A DNA stretch of 60,372 nt, counting the filler. It is 5 parts of 5 records of this genome, joined end to end, with 100 filler letters (N's around TTAATTAATTAA, not from the genome) between each part and the next. Parts side by side here need not be neighbours in the genome. Positions count along the whole stretch, not along the records: positions 37,522 to 60,372 come from SRR20825019_116; 4 more parts are not named here. The stretch is one strand, 5' to 3'. The stretch's first letter is position 1. Each line of letters begins with the position of its first letter. The translations under genes and the position numbers were made by a program. Of the stretch, positions 39,071 to 48,419 are shown in pieces. The notes below the pieces were generated by a model. That model saw only the letters and a list, made by a program, of their open reading frames with translations, had not been told where the DNA came from and made no database searches.

Positions 39071-39670
39071 ATGACCAAAAAACGCCTCGGTGTTCCCGAT
39101 CACGTGCCTGAAGCCGAAACAAGAGAAGATATCCGCCCGCTTCTTTATCCGGTGGTCGAAAATTTTGGACCACATAACAAAACACTGTTTCTCGGCAATC
39201 TTGCCGCCGCAGAAGATGCTGATTGCCTGATGGATGCCGGGATCACAGAAACGATGAATGTTTCAATCAACATGTTTCCCGGTCCTCTGATGCTTGCCGA
39301 TGGCGTTCACGTCCGCCGCTATCAGATCGGCATGATTGACGGCGCAGGTAATAATCCGCACCTGATGGCGGCTGCCGTTTACGCGATCGAAGGCCTGATG
39401 AGCGGGTATATCCCTGCCAAACCGCATTACCCCAAACACCGCAATGGCCATGTGCTTGTTCACTGCCGTGGCGGACGATCACGATCGGTCACACTGATTG
39501 CACTGTGGCTGTCTGCCTTTATACCGCAGCAATTCGAAAGCTTTGAGACAGCGCTTGAGCATATCAAAAGGCTGCGCGGGCTGGATGAGAATTATCCGCT
39601 ACCGCCAATGCTCGCACTGGCCGAAGAGGTCCGCACACGTAAGCTTCTCGGGAAAAATGCGACTGCGTGA
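39071..39670 (+). CDS. Dual-specificity (Cys-dependent, PTP superfamily) phosphatase
   Basis: LFLGN..AA.D, general-acid IDG, P-loop VHCRGGRSRS (HCX5R). Confidence 0.88.
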   Translation: MTKKRLGVPDHVPEAETREDIRPLLYPVVENFGPHNKTLFLGNLAAAEDADCLMDAGITETMNVSINMFPGPLMLADGVHVRRYQIGMIDGAGNNPHLMAAAVYAIEGLMSGYIPAKPHYPKHRNGHVLVHCRGGRSRSVTLIALWLSAFIPQQFESFETALEHIKRLRGLDENYPLPPMLALAEEVRTRKLLGKNATA

Positions 39671-39678
39671 GAGAAGGC

Positions 39679-40674
39679 ATGGCCGACAAGTTCGTTTCCG
39701 CCTCCGATGTTGCCCGCGCTGCAGGCGTTTCCCGCTCGGCAGTGTCGCGCACCTTTACAGAAGGTGCCAGCGTGGCACCCAAGACCCGCGAGCGGGTAAT
39801 GAAAGCCGCAGAGGAGCTCGGCTACCGGGTCAACCTTCTGGCACGCACACTGCACAAGAAGCGTTCCGATCTGGTCGGGCTTGTCGGGGCAAACCTGTCA
39901 AATCCGTATATTTCCGCGCAGGTGGATGCGCTGACGGCAGCGCTTTATGCACATGATCTGCAATGCATGATGCTTAATCTGGCCGGCGCGGAACGTGATG
40001 TTGAAAACGCACTTGCCAAACTTCTGGAATATCGTGTGCGGACGGTCGTACTGTTATCCGGTGCCGTGCCAGATACGCTGATGCGGCTGGCCGCGGCCAA
40101 TGCCACGCGGCTTGTGCTTATCAACCGGCCACTGCCGGAAAATATCGGATTGGTTGACCAGATCGAGGCGGATTCGGCTGAAGGCGGTGCGTTGGCGGCA
40201 AAACGGTTGATTGCGGCGGATTGTCGGAATGTGGCCGTCGTTCTTTCGGCCTCCAGAACTTCGGCCAAGCTGGCGCGCGCACAAGCGTTTATACGGGTCA
40301 TGGAGGAAAACCGGATACCGGTTACGCAATGGAGCCAGGGCCGCAACACCTATGAAACCGGCGTCGAGGCCGCCCACGGCCTGCTCGCAGCGCCGGGAAT
40401 AGACGGTGTTTTCGGCGTGACCGACGAAATCGCGCTAGGCATCATGAACACCGCCCGCCATGAACTCGGGCTTTCGGTTCCTGACGATGTTTCCGTTATC
40501 GGCTTTGACGATGCCCCGATTTCCGACTGGTCGTCGCACCGGCTCACAACCATCAGGCAATCGCTTTCATCTCTGACAGAGGCGACGCTCTCTGCCATCA
40601 CCGGTCCGGCAAATGCGCCACCATCGCATCATTTTATTCCCGTCAGCCTCGTAGAACGGGCCTCGGTGCGTTGA
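39679..40674 (+). CDS. LacI-family transcriptional regulator
   Basis: SASDVARAAGVSRSAVSR, LGYRVN.LAR.L, VPDDVSVIGFDD, LTTI.Q. Confidence 0.95.
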   Translation: MADKFVSASDVARAAGVSRSAVSRTFTEGASVAPKTRERVMKAAEELGYRVNLLARTLHKKRSDLVGLVGANLSNPYISAQVDALTAALYAHDLQCMMLNLAGAERDVENALAKLLEYRVRTVVLLSGAVPDTLMRLAAANATRLVLINRPLPENIGLVDQIEADSAEGGALAAKRLIAADCRNVAVVLSASRTSAKLARAQAFIRVMEENRIPVTQWSQGRNTYETGVEAAHGLLAAPGIDGVFGVTDEIALGIMNTARHELGLSVPDDVSVIGFDDAPISDWSSHRLTTIRQSLSSLTEATLSAITGPANAPPSHHFIPVSLVERASVR

Positions 40675-40738
40675 AATATTCAGAGGACCGTTGGTCATGA
40701 AACCAACGGTCCTCTTCATTCGATCAGCAACGGAAAAC

Positions 40739-41401
40739 TCAGCTTGCGGGCCAGACTTCCTGAAGCTTTTCACCGGCCAGAATGCGGTCACGGTTGGTGG
40801 CTTCTTCCTTGCCCAGATCATCGGCCTGATCAGCCACAGCCTTCAGATGCTCCTTCGGGATCACCACAACGCCGTCAACATCACCGAAAATCACATCGCC
40901 GGGGCGAACGGTTGCCTTGCCGATCTGAAGCGGCACTTGGCTTTTCTTCGGTTCTTTCTTGCCGGTCACGCCGATGGGGCTGGGCATCGTGCCGAAAAGC
41001 GGATAACCGAGCGCACGCACCTGTGCCAGATCGCGCACCGTGCCGTTGACGACGGTAGCCGCACAGCCATGGGTCTTGGCACCCGTGCTCATCAGTTCAC
41101 CCGAGCATGAGCCGGGTGCGCAGGATGCATCGCAAACCATAATCCCGCCCTTCGGCGCATTGTCGATGGCATGATGGTAGACGTCCTGAGGCTCACCCTT
41201 GCGGTCAGACGGCTCAAAAAGAACCGTAACCGCAGGACCACAAACAACATCACCTGGCTCTAGCGCACCAAGAAGCGAAATGCCCTCAAGGCATCCCCAG
41301 AGGCCAAGTGCCTCCATGCTGTCGTGAATATCGCCCGAATACCATTTCTTCAGGCGTTCGATTGCCTCCCAATCGGTGTCCGAATAGTCAAATTCAGCCA
41401 T
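40739..41401 (-). CDS. RraA-like / HMG-CHA aldolase family protein
   Basis: GPAVTV, GELM, G.VRD, GDVIFGD.DGVVVIP; likely ATG at 41401. Confidence 0.88.
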   Translation of the reverse strand: MAEFDYSDTDWEAIERLKKWYSGDIHDSMEALGLWGCLEGISLLGALEPGDVVCGPAVTVLFEPSDRKGEPQDVYHHAIDNAPKGGIMVCDASCAPGSCSGELMSTGAKTHGCAATVVNGTVRDLAQVRALGYPLFGTMPSPIGVTGKKEPKKSQVPLQIGKATVRPGDVIFGDVDGVVVIPKEHLKAVADQADDLGKEEATNRDRILAGEKLQEVWPAS

Positions 41402-41402
41402 T

Positions 41403-42182
41403 TCAATCCTCTTTTCTGGCCTTTTTCTGGTTGGATTTCTCAATCGCCTGACGCAAATAGTCGGCGCTGTTGTCAATCTGCGCACGCAGCAGAGCTTTCG
41501 CACCCGCCTTGTCCCGTGCGATGATCAGTTCGTAGATGCTGGCATGTTCAGAATAGGCATCGTCCAGTGACTTGGTCGGTACGCGACTGGACACATGAAT
41601 AACGTCGTTAATCAGACCGGACAGATTGTCATAGATCAGCTGCAGAATCTGGTTACCGGTGGCATGCACCAGTGCCAGATGAAATTCCGCATCAGCATTG
41701 ACGAAACCGGCAAAGTCCTTGCTGTCACGCGCACTGCGCATAGCATCCAACGCAGCAGTGACCTCCGGCGTGACCGGATCTTCATTGTCGGTCAACATCT
41801 CCAGAACTTCCGCCTCGATCATCCGGCGCACCGCCATCAACTGCAGAAGATAATTCGGATCTGTGGAAAAGCGCTGACGTACTGTGATCGCCAGCGTGTC
41901 AAGATAACCATCGACGTCATCACGAACGACCTCTGTCCGCTCGCCATGACGGCGCTGAACCAAGCCTTTGACTTCCAGTTCCTGCACTGCCTCCCGCACG
42001 GCGCGTGTCGATACGCCGAAATCTCTGGCAATCGCACTTTCAGACGGAAGACGGTCACCAATCTTCAGTTCACCCGTCAGAATCCTGTTTTCCAGAATCT
42101 TCGAGACTTCAGAATAGAGCCGGCCACGCCGACGCAAGGGCGTTTCTTTTTCGATCCCGACATCTGAGTTCATAACCAGCAT
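41403..42182 (-). CDS. FadR/GntR-family regulator
   Basis: GDRLPSE..IA..FGVS..AVREA...LE.KGLV, FCD DAEFH and EH. Confidence 0.92.
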   Translation of the reverse strand: MLVMNSDVGIEKETPLRRRGRLYSEVSKILENRILTGELKIGDRLPSESAIARDFGVSTRAVREAVQELEVKGLVQRRHGERTEVVRDDVDGYLDTLAITVRQRFSTDPNYLLQLMAVRRMIEAEVLEMLTDNEDPVTPEVTAALDAMRSARDSKDFAGFVNADAEFHLALVHATGNQILQLIYDNLSGLINDVIHVSSRVPTKSLDDAYSEHASIYELIIARDKAGAKALLRAQIDNSADYLRQAIEKSNQKKARKED

Positions 42183-42193
42183 CCTTTCGTCTG

Positions 42194-42226
42194 TTGACAG
42201 TACTTATGTCATGAGTCATAAGTCAA
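42194..42226. promoter_or_regulatory. Divergent promoter/operator: ACTTATG-N8-CATAAGT dyad with 7-bp repeats and opposing TTGAC elements
   Basis: TTGACAGTACTTATGTCATGAGTCATAAGTCAA read directly. Confidence 0.6.
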
Positions 42227-42291
42227 GAGTTAGTTTCTTGCATTTTTCGCGTTGGAGGCGGAATCGCGCAAGACCACAACGGGAGGTTATC

Positions 42292-43269
42292 TTGAAATCC
42301 ACATTAAAAACGCTAATTCACACGTCTGTCGCAACCGCAGCTATTCTGGGAATGGCTGGCGCTGCCCATGCAGAATGGCCGGAACGCGCGGTCACCATTA
42401 TCGTGCCATGGTCAGCTGGCGGCGGCACTGATGCAACAGCCCGCGCTGTTGCCGCTGATCTGGAAGAGAAGTTTGGTCAGCCGTTCAATGTCGTGAACCG
42501 AACAGGCGGTGGTGGCCTGGTAGGGCATTCGGCAATCGCCAATGCAAAACCGGATGGCTACACGATCGGTGTCATCACCATCGAAAGCACGATGTATGAA
42601 ACGCAGGGCCTGCCGGGCGTTACACCAACGGATTACGACTACATCGGTCGCTATAATGCTGATGCAATCGGGATCAACGTTGAGGCAGATGCCGACTATG
42701 GAGATGTTCAGGCGCTGATTGATGCCGTCAAGGCCAATCCGGGCAAGATCACAGCCTCCGGTGCAAACCGTGGCGGCCTTTCGCATCTGGCTTGGGCCGG
42801 TCTGTTGAACAAGCTCGATATCGCACCGGATGCAAGCCCGTGGGTTGCTTCCGATGGCTCGGCACCTGCCCTGCAACAACTGGCGGCCGGTGCCATTGAT
42901 GTTGTTTCCACATCACCTGCTGAAGCCCGTTCGCTGGTCGAAGCCGGTGAAGTGAAAACACTGGCGCTGATTGCCGATGAGCGCAGCCCGCTGTTCCCCG
43001 ATATCCCGACGACAACGGAAGCGCTTGACGTTCAGTGGTCGCCGATGCCGTTCCGTGGTCTTGCCGGCCCAGATGGCATGCCGGAAGAAACTGTCACCGC
43101 ACTTGCAGCTGCTCTGCAGGAAATTTGCGACGACCCGGATTTCCAGAAGTTCATGTCTTCGCGCGGGTTCTCTGTTGCCTATCAGGATTCCACCACCTTC
43201 AAAGAAACGGTTTTCGCCGATTATGAAGGCCTGGCCGAAACCATGAAGGTTCTGGGTCTGGCGAAGTAG
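42292..43269 (+). CDS. tctC: TctC/Bug substrate-binding protein
   Basis: GGGAGG RBS + TTG, signal peptide, WPER.V.IIVPWSAGGGTD, VVNRTGG, KPDGYTIG. Confidence 0.93.
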   Translation: MKSTLKTLIHTSVATAAILGMAGAAHAEWPERAVTIIVPWSAGGGTDATARAVAADLEEKFGQPFNVVNRTGGGGLVGHSAIANAKPDGYTIGVITIESTMYETQGLPGVTPTDYDYIGRYNADAIGINVEADADYGDVQALIDAVKANPGKITASGANRGGLSHLAWAGLLNKLDIAPDASPWVASDGSAPALQQLAAGAIDVVSTSPAEARSLVEAGEVKTLALIADERSPLFPDIPTTTEALDVQWSPMPFRGLAGPDGMPEETVTALAAALQEICDDPDFQKFMSSRGFSVAYQDSTTFKETVFADYEGLAETMKVLGLAK

Positions 43270-43289
43270 CGCCTCCGGAGTAACTTGAA

Positions 43290-43763
43290 ATGAAAATCAG
43301 CGACCGGATTACCGGACCCGCTCTGTCACTCTTCGGAGTGGCCGTGATTGTGGGGGCTTCACAGCTTCCCACAGTCCCGGGCGTGCGTTTCGGTGCAGAT
43401 CTCATGCCGACGCTCATCGGCATCGGCTTTATCGGACTGGGCATCGCAATCGGCCTCGGTGGGTTCATTGCCGGTGGTGGTGTGAAGTTCTTCGATCTTT
43501 CTGAATGGCAAGTGCCGTGGCGCAAGAAAGCTGCGGCATTCTGGACGCTGGCGGGCCTTCTGATCGGAATCCTTCTGTTTCAGTCCGTCGGTTTTCCGCT
43601 TTACGCGATAATCTACATGGCTGTGCTGATGCTGCTGATGGGCGCTTCCTGGGCAACGACAGCCATTATCAGCCCCGTCGTGGTACTCGTCCTTTATTAT
43701 GGCTTTTCAAAAGGGCTTTTGGTTCCACTGCCTGCGGGCCTTCTGGGAGGGATTTTGCCATGA
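43290..43763 (+). CDS. tctB: TctB small permease
   Basis: Hydrophobic, G...MP, GF, L.VPLP.G. Confidence 0.88.
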   Translation: MKISDRITGPALSLFGVAVIVGASQLPTVPGVRFGADLMPTLIGIGFIGLGIAIGLGGFIAGGGVKFFDLSEWQVPWRKKAAAFWTLAGLLIGILLFQSVGFPLYAIIYMAVLMLLMGASWATTAIISPVVVLVLYYGFSKGLLVPLPAGLLGGILP

Positions 43764-45295
43764 GTACGGAAATACTGCTTCAGGCGCTCTCTATCGTCAC
43801 GCAGACCGATGTACTGCTCGCGATCCTTCTTGGCGCAGTTTACGGCCTTTTTATCGGGGCTCTGCCGGGTCTTACAGCCACCATGTCGACTGCACTGCTG
43901 GTCCCCGTCACCTTCTATATGGCACCGATTCCGGCAATTGCCCTGATCGTTTCATCAACGGCCATGGCCATTTCCGCCGGTGACATGCCCGGCACGCTGT
44001 TGCGCATTCCCGGCACCCCGGCATCTGCCGCTTACACGGATGAATCCTATCAGATGACCGTGAATGGCAAGGCAGGTACTGCCCTTTCCATCGGTTTCTT
44101 CTTTTCCGCTATGGGTGGGCTTGTCGGAGCCTGTGTACTGCTCCTGACGGGACCGCTTCTGGCGAAAATCTCACTCAACTTTTCAAGCTTTGAGTTTTTC
44201 TGGCTCGCCGTACTTGGTCTTCTGACCTGTGCTCTGGTCTCCGGCAACGATGCGGCACGCGGCTTCACATCACTCATGATCGGCCTTCTGATCTCGACTG
44301 TCGGTCTCGACATCACCACAGGCGCACCGCGTTTTGTGTTTGGCCAGATGGAGTTGATGGGCGGTGTTTCCTTTATTCCCGTAATGATCGGGATGTTCGC
44401 CTTTTCAGAAATTCTGCGTGGCTTCACCACCAATCAAACCGGCGGCGGCGAGATGCCGAAGCTTGGCAAAATCACACCGTTTCAGGGAATTTTCGGGCTC
44501 TTCCGCAAATATCCGTTCTCCTTCCTGCGCGGTGCGTCGCTTGGAACGATCGTCGGCGCACTTCCCGGCATCGGCGGAGATCTGGCGGCCTGGATTGCCT
44601 ATGGCATGAGCAAGCGCTTTTCCAGAACGCCGGAAAAATATGGTACCGGCCACCCGGAGGGCCTGATCGAGTCGACGTCATCGAACAATGCAGGCCTGTC
44701 CAGCGCCTGGATCCCTGCACTGGTGTTCGGCATCCCCGGTGACGCAGTGACTGCCATTGCCGTCGGTGTCCTGTTCATGAAGGGCGTGAACCCCGGCCCC
44801 CGGCTTTTTGTCGAGAATCCGTCAATGCCGACGGCGATCATCATGTGCTTCTTTCTCGCCAACCTGCTTCTGTTTCCACTGGGTTTTGCCGCGATCAAAC
44901 TGGCACGTCACGTTCTGTCGATACCGCGTTCCGTCATTGTGCCGATCATTCTGGTCTGCTGTTTCCTCGGCTCCTATGCCGTCAACAACACGCTGTTCGG
45001 TGTATGGATCATGCTGATTTCCGGCATTGTCGGTTACGTCATGGAACGTAACGGTTTTCCGATTGCCCCGGTCATTCTCGGCCTTGTGCTTGGACCCGTT
45101 CTGGAACGCAACTTCATCATGTCGATGCAGATATCCGGCGGCAACCTTATGGGCTTTTTCGAGCGCCCGATCGCGGCCTCGCTCGGAGTGGTGGTCTGCC
45201 TGATTCTTCTGGCAACGGCTGTTCACGCCATCATCGTATTCCGTCGGGCAAAGCCGCAAGAAGCCGCTACCGCTGAAGCACAGGAAACATCGTGA
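43760..45295 (+). CDS. tctA: TctA large permease
   Basis: GALPGL, RIPGTPAS, GALPGIG, NNA, FGIPGD; ATGA overlap with tctB. Confidence 0.93.
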   Translation: MSTEILLQALSIVTQTDVLLAILLGAVYGLFIGALPGLTATMSTALLVPVTFYMAPIPAIALIVSSTAMAISAGDMPGTLLRIPGTPASAAYTDESYQMTVNGKAGTALSIGFFFSAMGGLVGACVLLLTGPLLAKISLNFSSFEFFWLAVLGLLTCALVSGNDAARGFTSLMIGLLISTVGLDITTGAPRFVFGQMELMGGVSFIPVMIGMFAFSEILRGFTTNQTGGGEMPKLGKITPFQGIFGLFRKYPFSFLRGASLGTIVGALPGIGGDLAAWIAYGMSKRFSRTPEKYGTGHPEGLIESTSSNNAGLSSAWIPALVFGIPGDAVTAIAVGVLFMKGVNPGPRLFVENPSMPTAIIMCFFLANLLLFPLGFAAIKLARHVLSIPRSVIVPIILVCCFLGSYAVNNTLFGVWIMLISGIVGYVMERNGFPIAPVILGLVLGPVLERNFIMSMQISGGNLMGFFERPIAASLGVVVCLILLATAVHAIIVFRRAKPQEAATAEAQETS

Positions 45296-45402
45296 CCCTC
45301 TTCGTCCCGGCAAAGACCTGACACCATCTCACTTTCTCTCCTTCAGGTCGCCGGGATGCTTTCTCCAATTAGAACAACCACCCTTTTGAAAGGACAAGAA
45401 CC

Positions 45403-46221
45403 ATGGACAATATGTTCTCAGTCGAAGGTCGTATCGCCGTTGTAACAGGTGGCCTCGGCCAGTTGGGCACCCAGTTTTCCAAATCGCTGGCCGAAGCGGG
45501 TGCAAAGGTCGCCATCTTCTCGCGCCGCTCCTTTTCCGCTGCGCAGGTCGCCGAGAAATTCCCCGGCCTTGAAGACCGCATTCGCGTTTATGAGGCTTCC
45601 GTCACCGACAAGGAAGCGCTTCAGGCTGCCACCGATCAGCTGATTGCCGACTGGGGCGTGCCACATATTCTCGTCAACAATGCCGGCATTGATTCCAAAC
45701 CGGATGGCGCGGCCGACCAGAATGCTCCCTTCGAGGAATATCCGCAGAAGTACTGGGATGAAATCATCGATACCAACCTGACCGGCGTTATGCTGACCAG
45801 CCAGGTCGTCGGCACGAAGATGGCCGAGAAGGAACGCGGTTCGATTATCAATGTCGGCTCTATGTACGGCATGGTCTCCCCGAACCAGGCTCTTTATGCA
45901 TACCGCCTCGAACGTGATGGCGTACCTTTCGTCAAGGCCGTGTCCTATGCTGCATCCAAATCCGGACTGTTGAACCTCACGCGTTACCTTGCCACTTACT
46001 GGGCTCCGAAAAAGGTTCGCTGCAATATTGTTTCATTCGGCGGTGTGAAAACCGGCTCCTACGACAAGGAGTTCATCGACGCTTTTCTCGAACGTGTCCC
46101 GCTTGGCCGTCAGGCTGAGGTGGATGAGTATAACGGCGTCATCCGCTTCCTGGCATCGGATGCATCCTCTTACATGACCGGGTCCAATGTTGTCGTCGAT
46201 GGCGGCTTTACATCCTGGTAA
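45403..46221 (+). CDS. Short-chain dehydrogenase/reductase
   Basis: TGGLGQLG, LVNNAG, Y..SK (YAASK), SSYMTGSN.VVDGG. Confidence 0.93.
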   Translation: MDNMFSVEGRIAVVTGGLGQLGTQFSKSLAEAGAKVAIFSRRSFSAAQVAEKFPGLEDRIRVYEASVTDKEALQAATDQLIADWGVPHILVNNAGIDSKPDGAADQNAPFEEYPQKYWDEIIDTNLTGVMLTSQVVGTKMAEKERGSIINVGSMYGMVSPNQALYAYRLERDGVPFVKAVSYAASKSGLLNLTRYLATYWAPKKVRCNIVSFGGVKTGSYDKEFIDAFLERVPLGRQAEVDEYNGVIRFLASDASSYMTGSNVVVDGGFTSW

Positions 46222-46232
46222 ACTCCCCACCT

Positions 46233-46261
46233 GCCGCCGGTTATGTGCCGGCGGCTTTTTT
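46233..46261 (+). terminator. Rho-independent terminator after SDR
   Basis: GCCGCCGG-N7-CCGGCGGC-TTTTTT. Confidence 0.85.
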
Positions 46262-46421
46262 AGCGTTTAGGAAAGACTGAATTGTCGATAACGCAATGAT
46301 CCGGAAAGATAATTCCTTTAGGTTCGAAGCAGGTCGGCACGTCTCCGATCCCCCGTGAAGCGGCAAGTTTCCTGAAAAAAACAGGTCTGTCGCGAACCTG
46401 CAGAGATAAAGGAATTTTCCT

Positions 46422-47162
46422 GTGAGCAATCAATATGAAGACCTGCTCGTCAACGCCTACAAAGACAAGATCCTGATTGATCAGGATGTGTTTTCCGGCA
46501 TCGGCCCGAAAGAGGCCTATGATGTTCAAACCGCCGTCATGAAGCGCCTTGGCCAGAGTGCAGGTGGCTTCAAGGTCGCGATCAACGGCGAGGGCAAAGC
46601 GGTTGCCGCTCCGATTTACTCTGAAAAATTCACCCGCACCGGTGGCAAGCTGGCTCTGCCTCGGCAAGGTATTCTTGGCGCCGAATTCGAACTCGCCTTC
46701 GTTCTGGGCAAAACCGTGACGCCGGAAATGGCAGAAGCTGGAGAAGACGCGGTTCTTGAGGCTATCGATCATTTCGTTTTCGGTATTGAAGTCATCGGAA
46801 CACGTTTCAACACCCAACCACAGGCCACAGCGTGGGCGCAGCTCGCCGATAATCTGAGCGGTATCGGCTATATTGCAGGTACAGAAAGATATTCCGGAAA
46901 AATCGACGTTGACGGAGAGCCATTGAGAATTGAAGCCAATGGTGTCGAAATCCTCAATAAGCCAGCAAAGCATCCCTTCGGCGGCGCGCTGAATCCGGTT
47001 ATCGCTTATGCAAAGAATGGTGAAGATAAAATCGGTATGCTGCAGGCCGGATCCTTCATCACCACCGGCTCACTTTGCGGAGCGGTTCCGTTTAGCGCGC
47101 CCTGCGAGATCGTTGCCACCATCAAAGACAAGTTCAGCGTCTCGGCAAATTTGACAGTCTGA
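46422..47162 (+). CDS. 2-keto-4-pentenoate hydratase-like (FAH superfamily) protein
   Basis: AY.VQ, GFKV, E.ELAF.LG, IEVI..RF, LADN, L.AG..ITTGS. Confidence 0.82.
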   Translation: MSNQYEDLLVNAYKDKILIDQDVFSGIGPKEAYDVQTAVMKRLGQSAGGFKVAINGEGKAVAAPIYSEKFTRTGGKLALPRQGILGAEFELAFVLGKTVTPEMAEAGEDAVLEAIDHFVFGIEVIGTRFNTQPQATAWAQLADNLSGIGYIAGTERYSGKIDVDGEPLRIEANGVEILNKPAKHPFGGALNPVIAYAKNGEDKIGMLQAGSFITTGSLCGAVPFSAPCEIVATIKDKFSVSANLTV

Positions 47163-47198
47163 TCGTCTGAGAATCATAACAATGCAGACCTGAACCGC

Positions 47199-48203
47199 TC
47201 AGCCGAGACGGATAAGCTGCGTTTCAAGGATTGTCCGGCCGGGCTGCACCTGCTTCTGGCCGGATATCTGTTTCAGCAGCAGTTCAAAGGCCGCGCGCGC
47301 CATGGCCTCTTCATCCTGCTGAACGACAAGAACCTTGTTCGGCAAGAACTCAAGCAGTCCGTCATAGTCGAACGTACCGATCACCAGATCGAGGGGCACG
47401 GAACCCAGCTGCATTTTCATGCATTTCAGAGCACCTTCCAGCACGAGTAACGAGGAGCAAAGAATAGCCGAGGGCGCTTCACACCCCTCCCCCATCAGCC
47501 TTCCCATCATTGAGCGCCCTGCTTCCGCACTATCTTCCGGCGATGTCAGAACCTGTGCATCATCACTTGAAAGGCCGGCCTCGCTGGCGGCGGCACGAAA
47601 ACCGGCGATACGATCCTGAATACTGGGGTTATCTGGATGACCGCACAGAAAGGCGATCCGGACAGCCCCGGATGCGATGATCTCACGCGTCACCAGATGG
47701 GCACTGGCCTGATGATTGCTGGAAATAACAGGCGCATGATCTTCAGGATAAGCACGGTCAATCAAAATAACCGGGGTATTCTTGCCGCGTTTTCTCGCCG
47801 GTTCGTGCGGGCGTGGAGCGCACGGCGCAAGTACAAGTCCATCGACGCCCCGAGCAAGCAAGCTGCTGATGGCCCGCTTTTCAGTTTCAGGGTCTTCAAG
47901 GCTGGAGGTGGTAACGAGCACCAGACCTTCCGCCCGGCAAAGCGCTTCCAGATAGGCGATAACATGGGCAAAGAATGCATTCGCGATGTCGGGAACAATA
48001 AAGCCGACTGTGTGCGATCTTCTGGTCTTCAGATTCCGTGCTGTCTGGTTGATCGTGTAACCGTGTTCGTCGACATAGGCCTGAATGATCTTCTGAGCAC
48101 GTTCGCTGATCCGATACTCGCTGGCACGGCCACTCAGAACCATTGTTATGGTTGTGCGGAAATAACCGGTCGCCTCTGCAATCTCGGATATCGTTTTTGC
48201 CAT
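47199..48203 (-). CDS. LacI-family regulator (FruR-like)
   Basis: TI.EIA..TG....T...VLSGRA.EYRIS, VG.IVPDI.N.FF. Confidence 0.92.
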   Translation of the reverse strand: MAKTISEIAEATGYFRTTITMVLSGRASEYRISERAQKIIQAYVDEHGYTINQTARNLKTRRSHTVGFIVPDIANAFFAHVIAYLEALCRAEGLVLVTTSSLEDPETEKRAISSLLARGVDGLVLAPCAPRPHEPARKRGKNTPVILIDRAYPEDHAPVISSNHQASAHLVTREIIASGAVRIAFLCGHPDNPSIQDRIAGFRAAASEAGLSSDDAQVLTSPEDSAEAGRSMMGRLMGEGCEAPSAILCSSLLVLEGALKCMKMQLGSVPLDLVIGTFDYDGLLEFLPNKVLVVQQDEEAMARAAFELLLKQISGQKQVQPGRTILETQLIRLG

Positions 48204-48379
48204 GCGTTATCAGATTTCCTCTTCACAACCCTTGTGTTTCTGCCGTCTGAGCAGGTATCAGCATCTGCTCTCACACACAGATCGTGTAAAATCAAAGAGT
48301 TAAAACATGCCACCTTCCACAGCGAAGCGGTCAGTGCCTTCAGCTATTCTTTACTGTCACAAAACAACAGCGCGGAAAA

Positions 48380-48412
48380 GTTGAAACCGGCGTTTTGGAT
48401 ACGCCGGTCAAC
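48380..48412 (-). terminator. Hairpin downstream of the FGGY kinase
   Basis: GTTGA(A)ACCGGCGT-N7-ACGCCGGTCAAC, followed by TTTT on the minus strand. Confidence 0.55.
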
Positions 48413-48419
48413 AAAACAT

